Shown piece by piece: positions 50,986 through 64,000 of a stretch of 64,000 nucleotides of DNA. Position 1 is the first letter of the stretch. The number at the start of each line of letters is the position of its first letter. Location: NCBI RefSeq assembly GCF_009914755.1, contig NC_060926.1, one strand, 5' to 3'. The notes below the pieces were generated by a model. The model saw only the letters and a program-made list of their open reading frames with translations. It did no database searches and was not told the origin of the DNA. The translations under genes were made by a program, and so were the position numbers. The stretch comes from the human T2T-CHM13v2.0 reference genome, Homo sapiens.

Positions 50986-52527
50986 ACGTTCAGGTCCGCT
51001 TTCATTCAATACGGCGCACTCTGAGCTAGGGGCTATCAGTCCATTTCACAGATGAGGAAATGAGGCACTAAGAGGTTGCATTCTCAGCCTAAGGTCACAC
51101 AACCAGTAAATAATGGAAATTGAACCAAGTTCTGCCGCGGCTGTGTCCGAAGCCTCAGCTCTGCCCAGGACCACACCACCTTTCCCAGTCGGGGGTCACA
51201 GAAAGTTTCATGGAGAACATGGCCTTTGAGATGGGTAGGGAGGAGAGATGCCAGGGGTCAGAGAACACAAAGAGACCAGTTGGCTGTGCCCAGGGCACAC
51301 AGGGCCAAACAGAGAAAGGCGGTCAGAGAGGCAACCCATGCCACACTGCACATGACCTGGAGGGCCAGGCTGAGGCCAATGTCCAGGACCCTGGAGTGGC
51401 CTCATGCCCCCAGAGCCAGTGAGAAGCCATGGGTGAGGTGTAGGGCTGGAGCCCGAGAGTCCAGCCTGGAAGAGGCTCTGAGCTGGTCAGGGAGCAGAGG
51501 AGAGAGATTAAAGAGGGGATCCGAGGAACATAAGAAGATGGAGGGGCAGGAAAGTGGGGCAGTCAGAGCTGCTGAGGCACGCGGCCGGAGGACTAGGGGG
51601 AAGCCAGCCGCCATGCTAGAAGAGGAGGTGTGAACAGGCAATATGGAATGCAGGCTTCAGAGTCGCCTTCTCCAGCAACCCAAAAAGCAGGAAAACCCCA
51701 CCCCTTCTCCCTGACCTATTCTGAAGCAGGGAGGCTGGGGGACAGGGCCGGCAGCACAGAGAACAGAGCTTCTAGGAAGTTCCTAGAAGAGCTGCTCAAG
51801 GAAAGGGCTGTGGTCTGTGGTCATGGTTCTAGTGGAACTGGTGTGAAAGGAGGTGACAGGCGTGGGGAGCGAGACCACGTGTTCACTCAACAATGCCCAC
51901 TGAGTGCCCCTCCATGCCAGGTTCCCAGCTCTGGAGACAGATGAATGAGGATGGCCCCGCCCGGGAGGGAAACTTGTGGCCCGGTGGGGGAGACAGGCAT
52001 GTAAACAGAGAATTGTAAAACAGCCCCAGTAATGCTATAATGGAGGTATGAAGAGGGCTAGGATTTCACTGGGATTCAAGTCCATCTGTTTTTCCACCCA
52101 GAGCGAGGCTGCCCACCCCAACCCCTCACTTTCCACCAAGGGTTTCTGTTTCTAGATGGAAACTTGAAGGGACAAAAGTCTTTGACCTTAGCTGTGCTAG
52201 AACAGTAAGGCAGGAAGGGTGCATGGGAAAAAAATCTAAGAGCAGTGGGAAAACCCAAAGAGCCAAAGGTCTCAGGCAGTGCTGAGGACCATGCCAACCA
52301 CCACGGGGACATGTGAGGGTAGGTGCGGGGGGCTAAGCCAGGCCCAAAATAGAGAATTCTGAGGCTGGGGCCACACTCAAATCCACACAGACATCAGAGA
52401 CCCACACAGACATCAGCCCCTGTCTTCTGAAGCTAGGCCATCGTCTGTTTGCCAGCCAGGACAAGGGCGTAGAGACCTCTCCACTTTCAACACCTGTAGA
52501 ATTACTTGCAAACCACAGGTGTTCACC

Positions 52528-52705
52528 TCCCTGTTTCCTAATTTCAAGGATGCTGTTGATTGTATGTAGCATCATCAACTGAGTAACAGTTTTTGAGGAG
52601 GAGGGAAGGCTACTTGAATTGTACACATCGATCCTAAGGTGCATTCCATTTTCGGAAACGTTAAAATGTTTTTTAATAAAAGACATCTCAGATTTGAAGA
52701 AGTGC
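52528..52705. mobile_element. Probable MER104/Kanga-type (TcMar-Tc2) MITE
   Basis: About 180 bp with degenerate TIRs; catcgatcctaaggtgcattccattttcggaaacgttaaaatg. Confidence 0.45.
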
Positions 52706-53702
52706 CTTACATTTTTGACTCTTCGGGTTCCCTATGCTGCCTGTATCACTGTCCTATGTGGTGGACAACCAGGAAATCCTTTCTGATGTTTACCTATGTC
52801 TCCTTTCAAGAATTTAAGGCTGGCCAAAATGAGGAACAGGGTGGAAAGCAACCCAGCCACATATTACTTAGGAAAAACATCCCACATCCTCAAAGCTGAT
52901 CTATGGCTTTATGTTCCCTGGACGTCCCCAGAGGTCATTTTTTCTCATCGCCTGACTCCAGACAGCTGTGCACTAAACCCAAACCTGGTACCTGGGAGCA
53001 GATTCAGCTCCATGAGATCGTAACTCCTGTTTGCGGGTCCTCATTTCCAGATTCCTGAACACACTAAGAGGCCATGAGTTTCTAACTACAGGGTAAGAGG
53101 AGGGATAGAAAAAAACCTGGACTGGGAGTCAGGCATGGGCTCAAATGCCAGTTTTGCTACAGACCAGCTATTGATACCTTATTTAACTTCCCTGCGTCTC
53201 AGTTTGCCCCTCTGTAAAATGGGGGTGAGATCATCTTTGCAGAGTGGCTGGAAGTATTCAATAAAGTTGACTTAGGTGCCATCAGTAAAATTGTCTGGGA
53301 TACAGAATATGCTTAGGAGATGTTACTTCCCTCTATGTTAACCTGGAGGTGATTAATGGCATTTTCTGCACCTCAGCATCCTCATTTACAGACCAGTAAA
53401 TTCTATGCACTGGGCTCAGTTCTAAGCTTCTTATGCGTCTCAAAGCACGTAATCTTCACCTCACCCCTGTGAAGCAGGTCCTATTCGTATCCCCATTTTA
53501 CAGAAGAAGAAACTGAGAAACAATAGAGGGAGAGGAAGGAGCTGATTTTTAAGATCCCATCTATTGTCAAAGTCAAAGAAAGCATGGGACACTGTACAAT
53601 GTGAGAACTTTCCATCAAAAAAATCCACCGTTTTTCCTGAGCTCTGAATTCTTCCATGCATAAGCTTCAGTTATCTGAAAATTCACTCATGTGGAAAACT
53701 CC

Positions 53703-53720
53703 TGGCCCCTAGATGGCAGC
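53703..53720 (+). promoter_or_regulatory. CTCF motif, candidate
   Basis: TGGCCCCTAGATGGCAGC. Confidence 0.5.
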
Positions 53721-56700
53721 GACAGGAGGCAGTGCAATTATTCTGCACAATTAGCGCGCATCGGGGACTGGTGTTCTGGAACCCCATCTGCTCTGATGGA
53801 CGAGGCTGCACCAGGAGCCCCCGCAAGCAGAAAGTCCCGAGGGCAGGACAGCCCAGCTCTCTGTTGCTCCTTGAAATCCATCTGGGGCCGAGTGGCGGGA
53901 AGCCCCCTCTCATTTCCAATTATCAGGCAGCAGAGGCTTGACGCACAGCCAGCACTGAAGGCCAGAGTAGGCCTGGCTGTCACCAGCATTGTTTGGCTCC
54001 ATTTGACGCATATCCACCCTTCGTAATGCTTCCTTGCTCCCAGGCAGACCTCAGAGATGCACGTATCTGAAACCAGGTCTGGAGGGGAAGGAGGAGGGCA
54101 AACGGAGGGGCGGAAGAAGACCTGGCTCTCTGACTCGGAAAACACTGAGAGATTTTAAACGGATAGAAGACAAAGCTGGCATCAGCTAAAGACCCGGTGA
54201 CCCAGACACTGCAGCCCTGCATACACACAGCTCAAAACAGCCCAAGGCACACACAGCGCACATGCCTGACCACTGCCGGACCCAGATACAAAGTCACCCC
54301 CTGGTGCTTGGGCCCCACCCCAACCAGAGCCACACAAACAGAAACACATCAGCACCGCCAACACATCCACTGGCAGGGACACTCTGCATGGCCCCAAGCA
54401 CAGCCAATTCCAGGAAGCCAGAAGGGGAAAGGAGCCCATATGTACAGACTGGAACAGGGGGAGCATGAGCCAGCAGAGATGGGGGGAACAAGAGCAGCCC
54501 AGGGCCCCTGAAGCACACCCAGACCTCCCAGCTCCTTTCAAAGTGCCCACTGCAGCCTTGGCAAGCAGCAAATTCTCCTCACACTTGCCTGTCCCATCTG
54601 AGCCCCACCCATCCTTCTGGAAGAGCAGGTGAAAGGATAAGGCACACGGGCAGAAGCTGGGTGGGAGGTGTCAGAAATGGAAGAGCAGGTGCACAAACAA
54701 TAGGGTGGAGTAGATAGGAGGATACGCAGCCTGAACATTATGGGGTGGAAGCACAGGTAGCTGGAATTTTAGGGACAGAGGTGGTGAGGAAGGGCAAAAC
54801 AGAGTTTAGGGCTCGGGACAACCATATTATTTGAACACATACAAAGAACATGTACTTCATACAGATTATCCCATTTAATCCTTCCAACAAGAGATTCAAC
54901 AAGCAGTAGCCTCTTTTCACATATGAGGCTACTGAACCTTACAGCGGAGAAATGTGTTGGCCAAGGTCACACAGCGATGAGTGGTTGAGCTGGGACTCAA
55001 ACCCAGGACAGCCAGACTGCAAATTCTACACTCCTTGAGGCAAGCCAAGTCACCTGGATGCTTGGAAGACAAGACAGAGCATCGATGGAGCTGAGGGGGT
55101 GTGAAGGCATAGGTGATGGGAGGGGCTGATCCAGAGAAGCACAGAGAGGCAGAGGGGATGAGGTGTGGCACCCTGCTGGCCGGGACCCCCAGCTCCTAAG
55201 GAGGACAGGGAGGGAGGAGCTCAGGCTGCTGTGATTCAGTGGCTGGGCCTCCGGGGAGAATTTCCGGAGCCCCAGACAGCTCTGTGCAGTCTAGGAGCCA
55301 CCTACCCAGTGGAGACACTGAGCCATTACTCACAACTGTTACTCACTTTGCCTCTGCACCCCCATCCCCAGCACATCACTTCCTCCCACTCTGTTCCCTT
55401 TGGGTGGCCAAGGCAGGCAGCAGATCTTCCCCAGTCCCCTCCTTTGCTTCATTGGCTCCAATCCTGCCAAGCGTATCCCCACCTGAGTCACTGGGACAGA
55501 GACGGGAGATTCTGGCCAGCCCAACCCTGACAGCTGTTGCCCTCTGCTCTGTTCCAAGAAATCAAGCTGCCTGGAGGAGTGGTCACTGGGCAAAGAACGT
55601 TCCAATTCCAGTGCTGGAAGGACCTCCCCAGCATTTCAGATGGCATCCCAGCAGATGCCTGAAGAGCCAACAGGATCCCACCTCGATGCTGGACAGCTCT
55701 GCCAAAGGCCCCAAGACTAGGAGCCTCTCTGTTCAGAAAGATCCATGCACTTACAGAATTTCAGCACTGCTGAAAAGAGAGAACGCCCCTAACTCGAACT
55801 TCTCATTTCGCAATTGAGGAAACCAAAGCCCAAAAAGTGGAAGCAATTTGCCTGAAGTCACACAGTGCCAAAAGGGACTAGCAGGTCACCTGACGCCCCT
55901 GCCACAGGTCCTTCCGCGGCACTACACAGACCTCTCTCTCTGCCCCAAGTCAGAGCAGGCCCCTGAAGTTGACTCTGTCACCCTCCTGTTGCAAAGCAGT
56001 GCTGAAGACGGGAGATCTGAAGGCAGGGTGAGGAGGGGGAGGAAGGAGTTGCAGCCAGACAGCGGTTACTGGGGAGGAATCACTTTCCAACAGTGAAGGG
56101 GCACTGGACTCCAGGCCACCTACTCAGAACAGTCTGCCCAGGAGGCAGGGAGATGGACTGCAGGCCCTCCGGAGGCTCTGGAGCTCAAGGGCCAGGCCCT
56201 CTGGCAGGAGATGATGGGAGGAATTCTTAGGGTCCCAGCTGGGAACTTGGGAGAGTCATGGCCTCCTCTCCAATCACCTCTCCTCCCCCAGCCCCCACCC
56301 CTCACCCTGGCTCGCCTCTGCTCTCCCAGGGCTCCAGCCTGGAATCCAGACCTGACCACTGCCTCCACTCCCACGCTTGGCCTAGCTCAGCCGGCCACAG
56401 CAGAGGCAGCCACATGTGTGGTGGTGGAAGCAGTTCGTGAGCCACCGAATTCCTTCTAAGCCTCCAGAGGAGCCTCATCTATCTCTTGTGCTCTCCCCTC
56501 CCACTCTGGGCAGTTGCACTCATCCCAGCCAAGAAACCCCTGCTGCCAGCCCCACTCTCTCCCACTGTATCAATAATAGTAATAACCATAACAAAAACAG
56601 CAATAACAATCACCAAGGTTTATGCAGAACAGCCTGCATGCCAGACCCGCTCTATTTGTTTCCTGCATTTTACAGGTGAGCAAAGGGAAGCACTGGCAGG

Positions 56701-59700
56701 TCAGGTAAGTTGTTCATAGTCATATAGCCTGCAAGAGATGGGGTCAGGATTCACATGCAGACCGTGTGGCTGCAGACACTGTGAAGGTGACCCCCACATC
56801 ACACTGCCTCATGAGAGGTCATTGCTCTAGGAAATAAACGCTGCTGAAATTCCCTCTTCTTCATCAACACACAGTCCCTGACCACCTGCGACATGCCAGG
56901 CACCTGGCCTTTGAGACACTCAACATTCCATCTAGCTCTGGACAGGCAGCCACTCTCTGCACTCACCAGGCCACGTAGAGCCAGGCTGGGCATGGCTGCC
57001 TCCGAGCAATCAGGCTCCTCCACCCTGACCAGGGAACACTCCTGTTCGTTCATTCATTCATTCATTCAACAAACAGTAAGGGGCTACTGTGTTCCAGGTC
57101 AGATGGTAAAGGAGGCCCCCAAAGGATCCTCTCGGTGCCTTAAAAATATAAGCTGCCTACAGTCTACCCTCACTCCTGCCTGCTGCAGTTCATCCATCCC
57201 AGGGCTGCGTGTGAAGACTTGCCAAGGATGGCTCTCTCCTGGCCTGAAAGATCTCCCAGGAAGGAGATTTCAGGGGCCTCCTTGGCCTCCCAATCCAGGA
57301 GGGGAGGATGGTATGCTGGAAGGAAGCCCAGAGGGATCAGGGAGATGAAGTGACTTGGGAGAGGATTTTCCAGCCCCAGGGCTGAGGAATTTGAACATAG
57401 GATTCCAGGAACCCAGGCCCTGGCTTGAGGCCTGCCCCTAGGACTCCCCTGCCCAGTACAGCCGTCACAGTGGCCCAAATGCCCTTCCTAAATCACAGTC
57501 TCATCATGTCTTCCCTGTATTAAAATCCCCTGCCGCTCCCCTCTTTAACCTGCCTCAGAATATCCCCCCATCTTGAGCCCCAAGCAACAGTTTCAGGCTC
57601 TCCCCAAAGCCATCCTTTCCCACACATGCCATTTTAAGCCTCCATATACTGTGGGTTTGCTCCATGCCAGGCACTGGGCTGAGAACTTTACAAATAGCAT
57701 CTCATTTCATACCCACGCTAGCACTACAAGGTTGGAAATATGAATCCTATTTTACAGATGCAGACACTAAGGCTCAGACCCATGTAGCAGAGCTGGGAGG
57801 GAGACCCACGCTTGTTATTTCTCCTTACCTGCATGCCACTGGGCCTCTGCACATGCCTTCCCCTGTGCCTGAAGAAGTCTTTGCCCCTTTTCCTCCCTGC
57901 AAAACTCCTTGCCAAACTTCAAAATCCATCTCAAATGGTACCTCTTCTCCAAAGCTTCCTCCGCTCTGCCAGCTCACATGAGCTGCCTCCTGCTTGACAT
58001 TCCCACTGCGTTTTGCAGCAACACTCTGTCTACTCCCCTACTCCCCTACTCCCCCCACTAGATCGTGTCTCCCGGTCTTTCCAGCCTCATACCCAGCACC
58101 TTAACTGGCATAGGGTGGATGCCCTCAAAGGCTTTTAAAGTGAACAATCCAGCGGCCCCGTGTGCCCAGCTGGACTCAGCTGCTGCCGCACAGCGTCCAC
58201 AGTGGGTCCACAGGCACTGCCCCGGACCCAAGGAGCCAACCCCTGGGGCTGGCCCATCTCTGCCACCCCCAAATCATAGCCCGAACCCCAGCTCATGTCC
58301 CTGGGTGGAGGCTTCTCCCCATGCCAGCCCCCCTTCCTGGCTTGGCGGCCCCTCTCACTCAACCAGCTCTGCCATTTCTGGGAGTCTCAGCCGGTGATTA
58401 GGGCCCTAATCAGCAGGACTTCCTGCCAGCGACTGCCAGAGTTGGGGGCAGGGCGGGGAGGGAAGCAAGGTCAATCCAAGGTGAAGTTCCACAGCGTTGG
58501 GACTGGGGGACGCCCAGCAGAGGCCCCGGGGAGATGGACTCACAGACCCCCCACCCCTGCACCTTTCAGCCCTTCATTTACAGTTGAGGGCACTGAGGCC
58601 CAGCGAGAGAAGGGACTCAGGTGGGACTCCTCCAGAGGCTAGGGACAGAGCCAGGCCTAGACTCAGATCTGCTCACTTGAGGAGCACTGCTCTCCCACCC
58701 AGATGGACCCAGGGTGGAGCCCCTCTTTCCGCTTCCCCTGAAGCCCTCTTCCCCACCCCTATCCCCTAACCCAGCACCAAGCCCAGGACTGAACACAAAA
58801 ACTGCTCCCATACAGGGTGGCTGGAGACCAGCTGATTGTCCAGGTCTGGTCAAGGTCAAGGGGTAAAGATAAGGCCCACCTCTACATGAGAAATGGCCTA
58901 GAAATTGGGCAGAGGTGAGCAGGGGCCAAGGAAGGGAAGCAAGATAGGGCCAGGCTGAGCTCAGGAACGCTCCCCAGCTGTCATCATCATCAACCCAAGC
59001 CCATTCTTTCTCCAAAAAAAAGCTTAATGCCTTTTGCAGCTGCAACTGGGCGGGCCAGGGGTCCGGAAATGGAGTTCACCCCCGACCCAGAGCAACCCCA
59101 GCCTCCCTGGGTGGGAACTGCGTTGGGTGGAGAATACAGCTTGGCAGGCCTTGAGGGCTGACCCCTGCTAATGAGGAATGTCAGGGGCACCGGAAAACAG
59201 GAGACCCCAGAGAGGGCAGAGGCCTGGGACAGAGAGGGATTGTGGCCAGGAGCCCTACCCTTGCACGGGTTCAAAGCTCTCAGCTTATATGGCATGCAGG
59301 AAGAGTGGACATGGTTCTCCCCTACCCACTACCAACAAGGGACTGAATTAAAGCTGCATCAAGAGGAATGCCAGTTAGATTTTGGGGGGACCTAGAGGGC
59401 ATAAGACACAATAATTTGAAGCAGTTATTTGGGGATCCTACTTTAAAATGTAGATGCCATATCTATGGGTGTAGCCCATGGTCCAGGGCAGGCTTCCTGG
59501 AGGCCAGGTGAGGTCCTTGCTCAGCCTGGGAGTCTCCGATTCTGTGACTCTCATCAAGGCATGGGATGGGATCCCAGAAGGGGAGCTCAGGCTGGTTTAT
59601 AATAATGCATCTTGTTTACAGTGATGGCAACTTTCTCAGAGTCCTCTGTAAACACAGATCTGCATGGGCTCCCTGAACAGACAAGACCTCCGGAGGGCCG

Positions 59701-59882
59701 CTCAGCTCCCTGTCTGCCCTCTAATTGCAGAGAGAGACAGAGTGGGGGAAGAGAAGATTCTTCCCTGGGATCTGATGTTAGGACCTCTTAAGGGAAAATG
59801 ACACCAGCATCTTCTCCACTCTCTGGTCCCATAATTCTCTTCATCTTAGAGATGGAACAACAAGACAAGAGAGAGAGAACTC

Positions 59883-59921
59883 CATCACCACCACCACCAA
59901 TAATAATAATAATAATAATAA
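59883..59921. repeat. (CAC)n(AAT)n microsatellite at a MIR end
   Basis: catcaccaccaccaccaataataataataataataataact. Confidence 0.9.
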
Positions 59922-62900
59922 CTAACCTTCATTGAGCATCTGCTATGTGCCAGACACCGCCCAAAGTGTTTTAAATAAATTAACTCGTTTGATCCTCACA
60001 ACCATACCTTGAAGCAGACATTATCCCATTTGATAGTGAGGAAACTGAGGCTCACAGAGGTTCAGTCACTTGCTGAGACCACAGCTGGTAAACCGGGTCA
60101 TCATAAGTTGATCCCCAGCAGTCTGGCACCAGACTCACATTCTCTGCCTCAAGACAGACCTCTCAGTCCAAGTCTAACAAATCCTCACCAGGCCTCATCA
60201 AAACCCTCACCCCTCTGCCCTCCATTAGCCAGCCATCCATGTTGAGCGGCACTCTGCCAAGCACAGCAAGGATCACCAGAGAGGCCAGAGGTGCAGGTCT
60301 GCCCTCAAGGAGCTTGTAATCCATCCAGAAGACAGGTGAGCAAATGGGAAACTTGCAAGGATCACAGAACGCTGTGGGGTCCCATCTTCTCTGCAGGAGA
60401 AGATGAAGGTCTAGGAAGGTCCCTGGGGGAAATGGACCCAGGTCTGGGGCCCCATAGTGGCCAAAGGGCCAGAATTCCCCCCAGCCATTCCTGTGACCCC
60501 TGACCCCCATCAGCTCCCCAGGCCCCCGCCTTGCTGGTCCAGTCCCTCCTGTCTCCCACACCCAGGGCTGAGCTACAGGCTTCCAGGCCTAAAAAGGCAG
60601 GGACTGCAGAGCCCAGACTAGCCCTGGAGGCGGTAGCTCCAAGGACTGGCTCAGGCCCACCCACCACCCCTCCCACATGGGCTCCAGCTCCACAGAGACA
60701 AGCCTCTCCCCTTGAGGGAAGTTGAGGTGGGGCAAGTAGGAAGATGGCCAAGGCCACCAACCTGGGTAGAGGCTGCACTGGGGCTCTCTAGCGTCCAGCA
60801 ACCTCCTGGACGGGAAAGCGCTCCAGACCATTGGAGGGAAGGAAAGAGGGAAGGGCCGGTGTGACCTTGCATAATGGAAGTGTCACCAGGGGATGTGGGC
60901 AAAGCCTGCCAGGCTGGCCACCCTGCCACCCCCACCTCCTTGTCCCAGCTCACTTATGCCCACACCTCTGCATGCCTAACAGCCCTAGAAAGCTAAGAGC
61001 CATCTGGCCAGGGAGCTATTGAGCGAGGGGCCATTGGTGGATAGTAAGGGGGACAAAGTCTAGGCCAGTCCTCCCAAACCCCAGTCTCCAAAAACCACCC
61101 TCTCCCTCCACCCATTTCTGATTTGCTTTATTTGGAGGCTGGTAACTGGGAGGGCTTTCCTGCCTATCTCCTCTGCCCCCCACCTCCAAACATATCGCTC
61201 AACTGGGCCTCAGTTTCCTGGGGTCAAAGAGGCTTTTGGCTCCAGAACTGAGCCAAGAAACCAGAGGCACTGGCAGCCGAGAGCCTTTGCCTGTCCCCCT
61301 CGCTCCTGCCCTGGTGCCTCAGGCTCACGGCACACTCAGGTCTCCCGATCCTTCCCTGCACAACCCTCCCACCATCACTGAGTCTCTTTCAAACCCCAGG
61401 AAAGAGTGTCGTCATTTAGCAACTTCATGTAGTCCCTGACTGGAGAAGAGGATTGGAGTTAGACATCGGAAAGGACCTCCCTCTCAGATGAAACCAAGAC
61501 TGTGAGGGGGCTCCCCTGGTCGGAGGCGGTGGTTGAGTTGGGTGATCTCAATCTCCTACTGTGTCACCCTCTCTGGTCAGGAGAAAAGGGGGCACAGGCA
61601 TCCACAGAGGGGCTGTGGAGGAGGCTGGCTGGTGTAGGAAGGATGGAGTCCAGGGTGGGTTTCAAGCCCACCCGGAAGCACTCACGGGCACTTCCATCAT
61701 GGGAAGCCCAAACCTGTTTGGTTTGGGGAAAGCTTTGGCCCCAGCCCTCTCTGGTTCTCCTCTCACTGCCCACCTCAGGGAAAGCAGGTTTGGAAAGGCC
61801 TGTGAGAGGTGACTGCTCCTCCCCCACTCACCCTCCTAAGAGGCCCTTGAGAGCAACTGCCTTGCCTTGCACCCCTCACCCCATGCCAGTTATGCAAGCC
61901 ACTTGATGCTGCCCGGACAACCCGCATTATTTACAAATGTGGAAACTGAGGCTCATATGAGACCCATGCCTGAGTTTTTCTGCATCTCAGATCCTGGCAC
62001 TGCCCTTGGTCTACTATCTCCAGGCTGGCTAGGGAGGCCTGTTTTGGGGAGGCCAAACTGGGCAGGGGTTCAAGATGCCCAACATCCCAGCACCCACCCC
62101 CGGTCCTTGCACACCAGCCCCAGAGCCCCTCAACAGGGAACATGGGCTCTAACTGCAGGGATTGGGGGTGAAGCCTGTGGTGCTTGCTGTCCCCTCAACT
62201 CCACACTGTCACGCAGCCCACCACAGGCAAGGGGCAGAGTGGGCCAGGAGGCATAGGAAGAACCTCAGAACCTTTGCAGGAAGCAGCTGGGTGCGGACCT
62301 GGTAGGCAGTTGAGCCACGGGTGTGAGGGAGGGGCACAGTGCCAGGGCAGAGCGTCGGGCTCTTGGTTCCTTACACATTGGCAGGAAGGAGGGGGCCCCT
62401 GCGAGTGGTCTGCGCCCACGCCCCAGGCCAGAGGACACAGCTTCCTGATCCCCCATTCTGGTGTCAGAGAACTCCCCGACTCCAAGTATCCCAGGCCCTC
62501 AGCATCCCAAGAGACCATCCAGGTCATCGCCTCTAACCACATCCCAGCCCAGGAATCCTTCCAAGCCCTTATTCGGCCTCTGTCTAAACTCCCCCCAGTA
62601 CAAGATGCTCTCCACCTTACAAGATAGCCCATCCTCCTGCTGACCCACCAGGGTCCTTAGGAAGCTCTTCCTTCACCTGAGCCAAGATTCCACCTCTGAG
62701 GCTCCTCTCCCTTAGACCAAACAAAAGTTCTTTCTGGCCCCCCTTGACTCCTGCTCCTATCTGGGTAGAAACAGGAGCCTGAGGGTCCCCAAACTCCAAG
62801 GCTTCAGCCACAGCCCATCAGAGGCCAGAAGTTGGTCTGCAAAACAATAACATCTTCTCTGAACCCATAAGCATCCCAACCCAGCCCCGCTCCACCTGGC

Positions 62901-64000
62901 CACCAGGTTCTCTGTGCTTATACTTCCTGGACACCACCACCTCCCTGGGAAATTCTTCACTGGGGCCTTGCGGGAAGTGAAGTGTGAAGAAGCATGGGAT
63001 GAGGGATGGGGAAGCAGAGCCAGAAGGGCTCAAGGCCAGGCGCCTGGAAGCAGAGGGTCCCAGGTTGCCTCCTCCACCGCCAAGAACCCTCAGCTCCTGG
63101 TTACAGTGCTGGCTCCCAGCCCTGGTGCTCGGCCGGACTGGCCGAGACCCTCCCCAGCCTGGTCCAGCCCACTGCTCTCCAAATCCCTGCCCTCCATGGG
63201 CAGCAGAGTCCAAGCCAACCCCAAGTTGGGTCTCCAGTGCTGATCCCATTCGGGTCTCTCCCCCCAACCTCTCCATCTCAATCCACATCCTCCCTCACTC
63301 CCTTCCACAACCCTGGGCCAGAGGTTTCAGGCAAGGGGTGCCCCAGCTATAGCAAGTACTGAGGTCCAAGGAGAGCTGTATTCAGGCTTACAGGAGTGGC
63401 CACCAGCTGGCAGGGGCAGGTGCAACTTGAGGTCACATGTGAGCCACCATGGTCTCCACCCACCCCAGGCAGCTTCAGGAGGGGAAGAGAGGGTGCTCCC
63501 CCTACACCTTCCCCACTGCTGCCACATTGAAGAGGCAGCTGGGACTTCCAGAAGAGAAGCCCTTGTCTCCAAAGACCCTGGCACCCTAGTTTCCAGGTCC
63601 CCCTCCTATTCTCACCCCCACAACCGCCTGCCTGCCTGCCCTCCTCCTCCATCTCCTCCCCACCCAGCACCCATCCTATCCCCCAACCCCATCCCCTCCC
63701 CTGCAGGGAGCCCAGCCTGGGAGCACAGCAGGCTTCTCCGGGTCCCCCCTATCACCCCCACCCAGTTTCCTCTTCTAGAACAGTAGCCAGCCTAAAACAT
63801 CTGGGCAGGCAGTCCTGGCCCAAGTCCTGGATTGGGGGTTGGGGGACTGACACTGAGGTCAGCTCTGTATGGATTCTCCAGCCTGGGAACGGGTGGCAGG
63901 CAGGGCATCAGAGTCAGAGGACAGGAGGGGTGGGGGGAGAGGGAGGAGCAGGGGGAAGGCAGCTGCCCCTGTCTGTTCATTAACCACCTGGATTAGCCAT

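Overview
Human/primate genomic DNA lying entirely inside TNS1 (tensin 1), which is transcribed on the minus strand. I mapped 15 exons by reading GT-AG boundaries and checking splice phase. Eleven (18643-18814 down to 1747-1863) encode the first 351 codons of canonical tensin 1 ([10 protein letters not shown]...), covering the PTEN-like pseudophosphatase and C2 domains. Four small upstream exons (41049-41090, 28055-28096, 27180-27230, 21308-21357) keep the same frame open. They are coding in longer C1-domain isoforms and 5'UTR in shorter ones. The MIR6809 tailed-mirtron hairpin abuts the acceptor at 21358. The rest is intron, rich in Alu, L1, L2, MIR, MaLR LTR and DNA-transposon relics and microsatellites. 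Almost all ORFs in the supplied track are chance or repeat-derived. The most interesting unexplained signals are: an L2-embedded 20/22 match to the c-fos serum response element (50876-50897); a candidate in-frame alternative first coding exon (26141-26290); a spliced uORF; inverted Alus bracketing the two P-loop exons; a CCAAT/MARE cluster; and three pairs of short dispersed local duplications. I found no evidence of a new multi-gene system. Repeat subfamily calls are from recalled consensus sequences, not a search.
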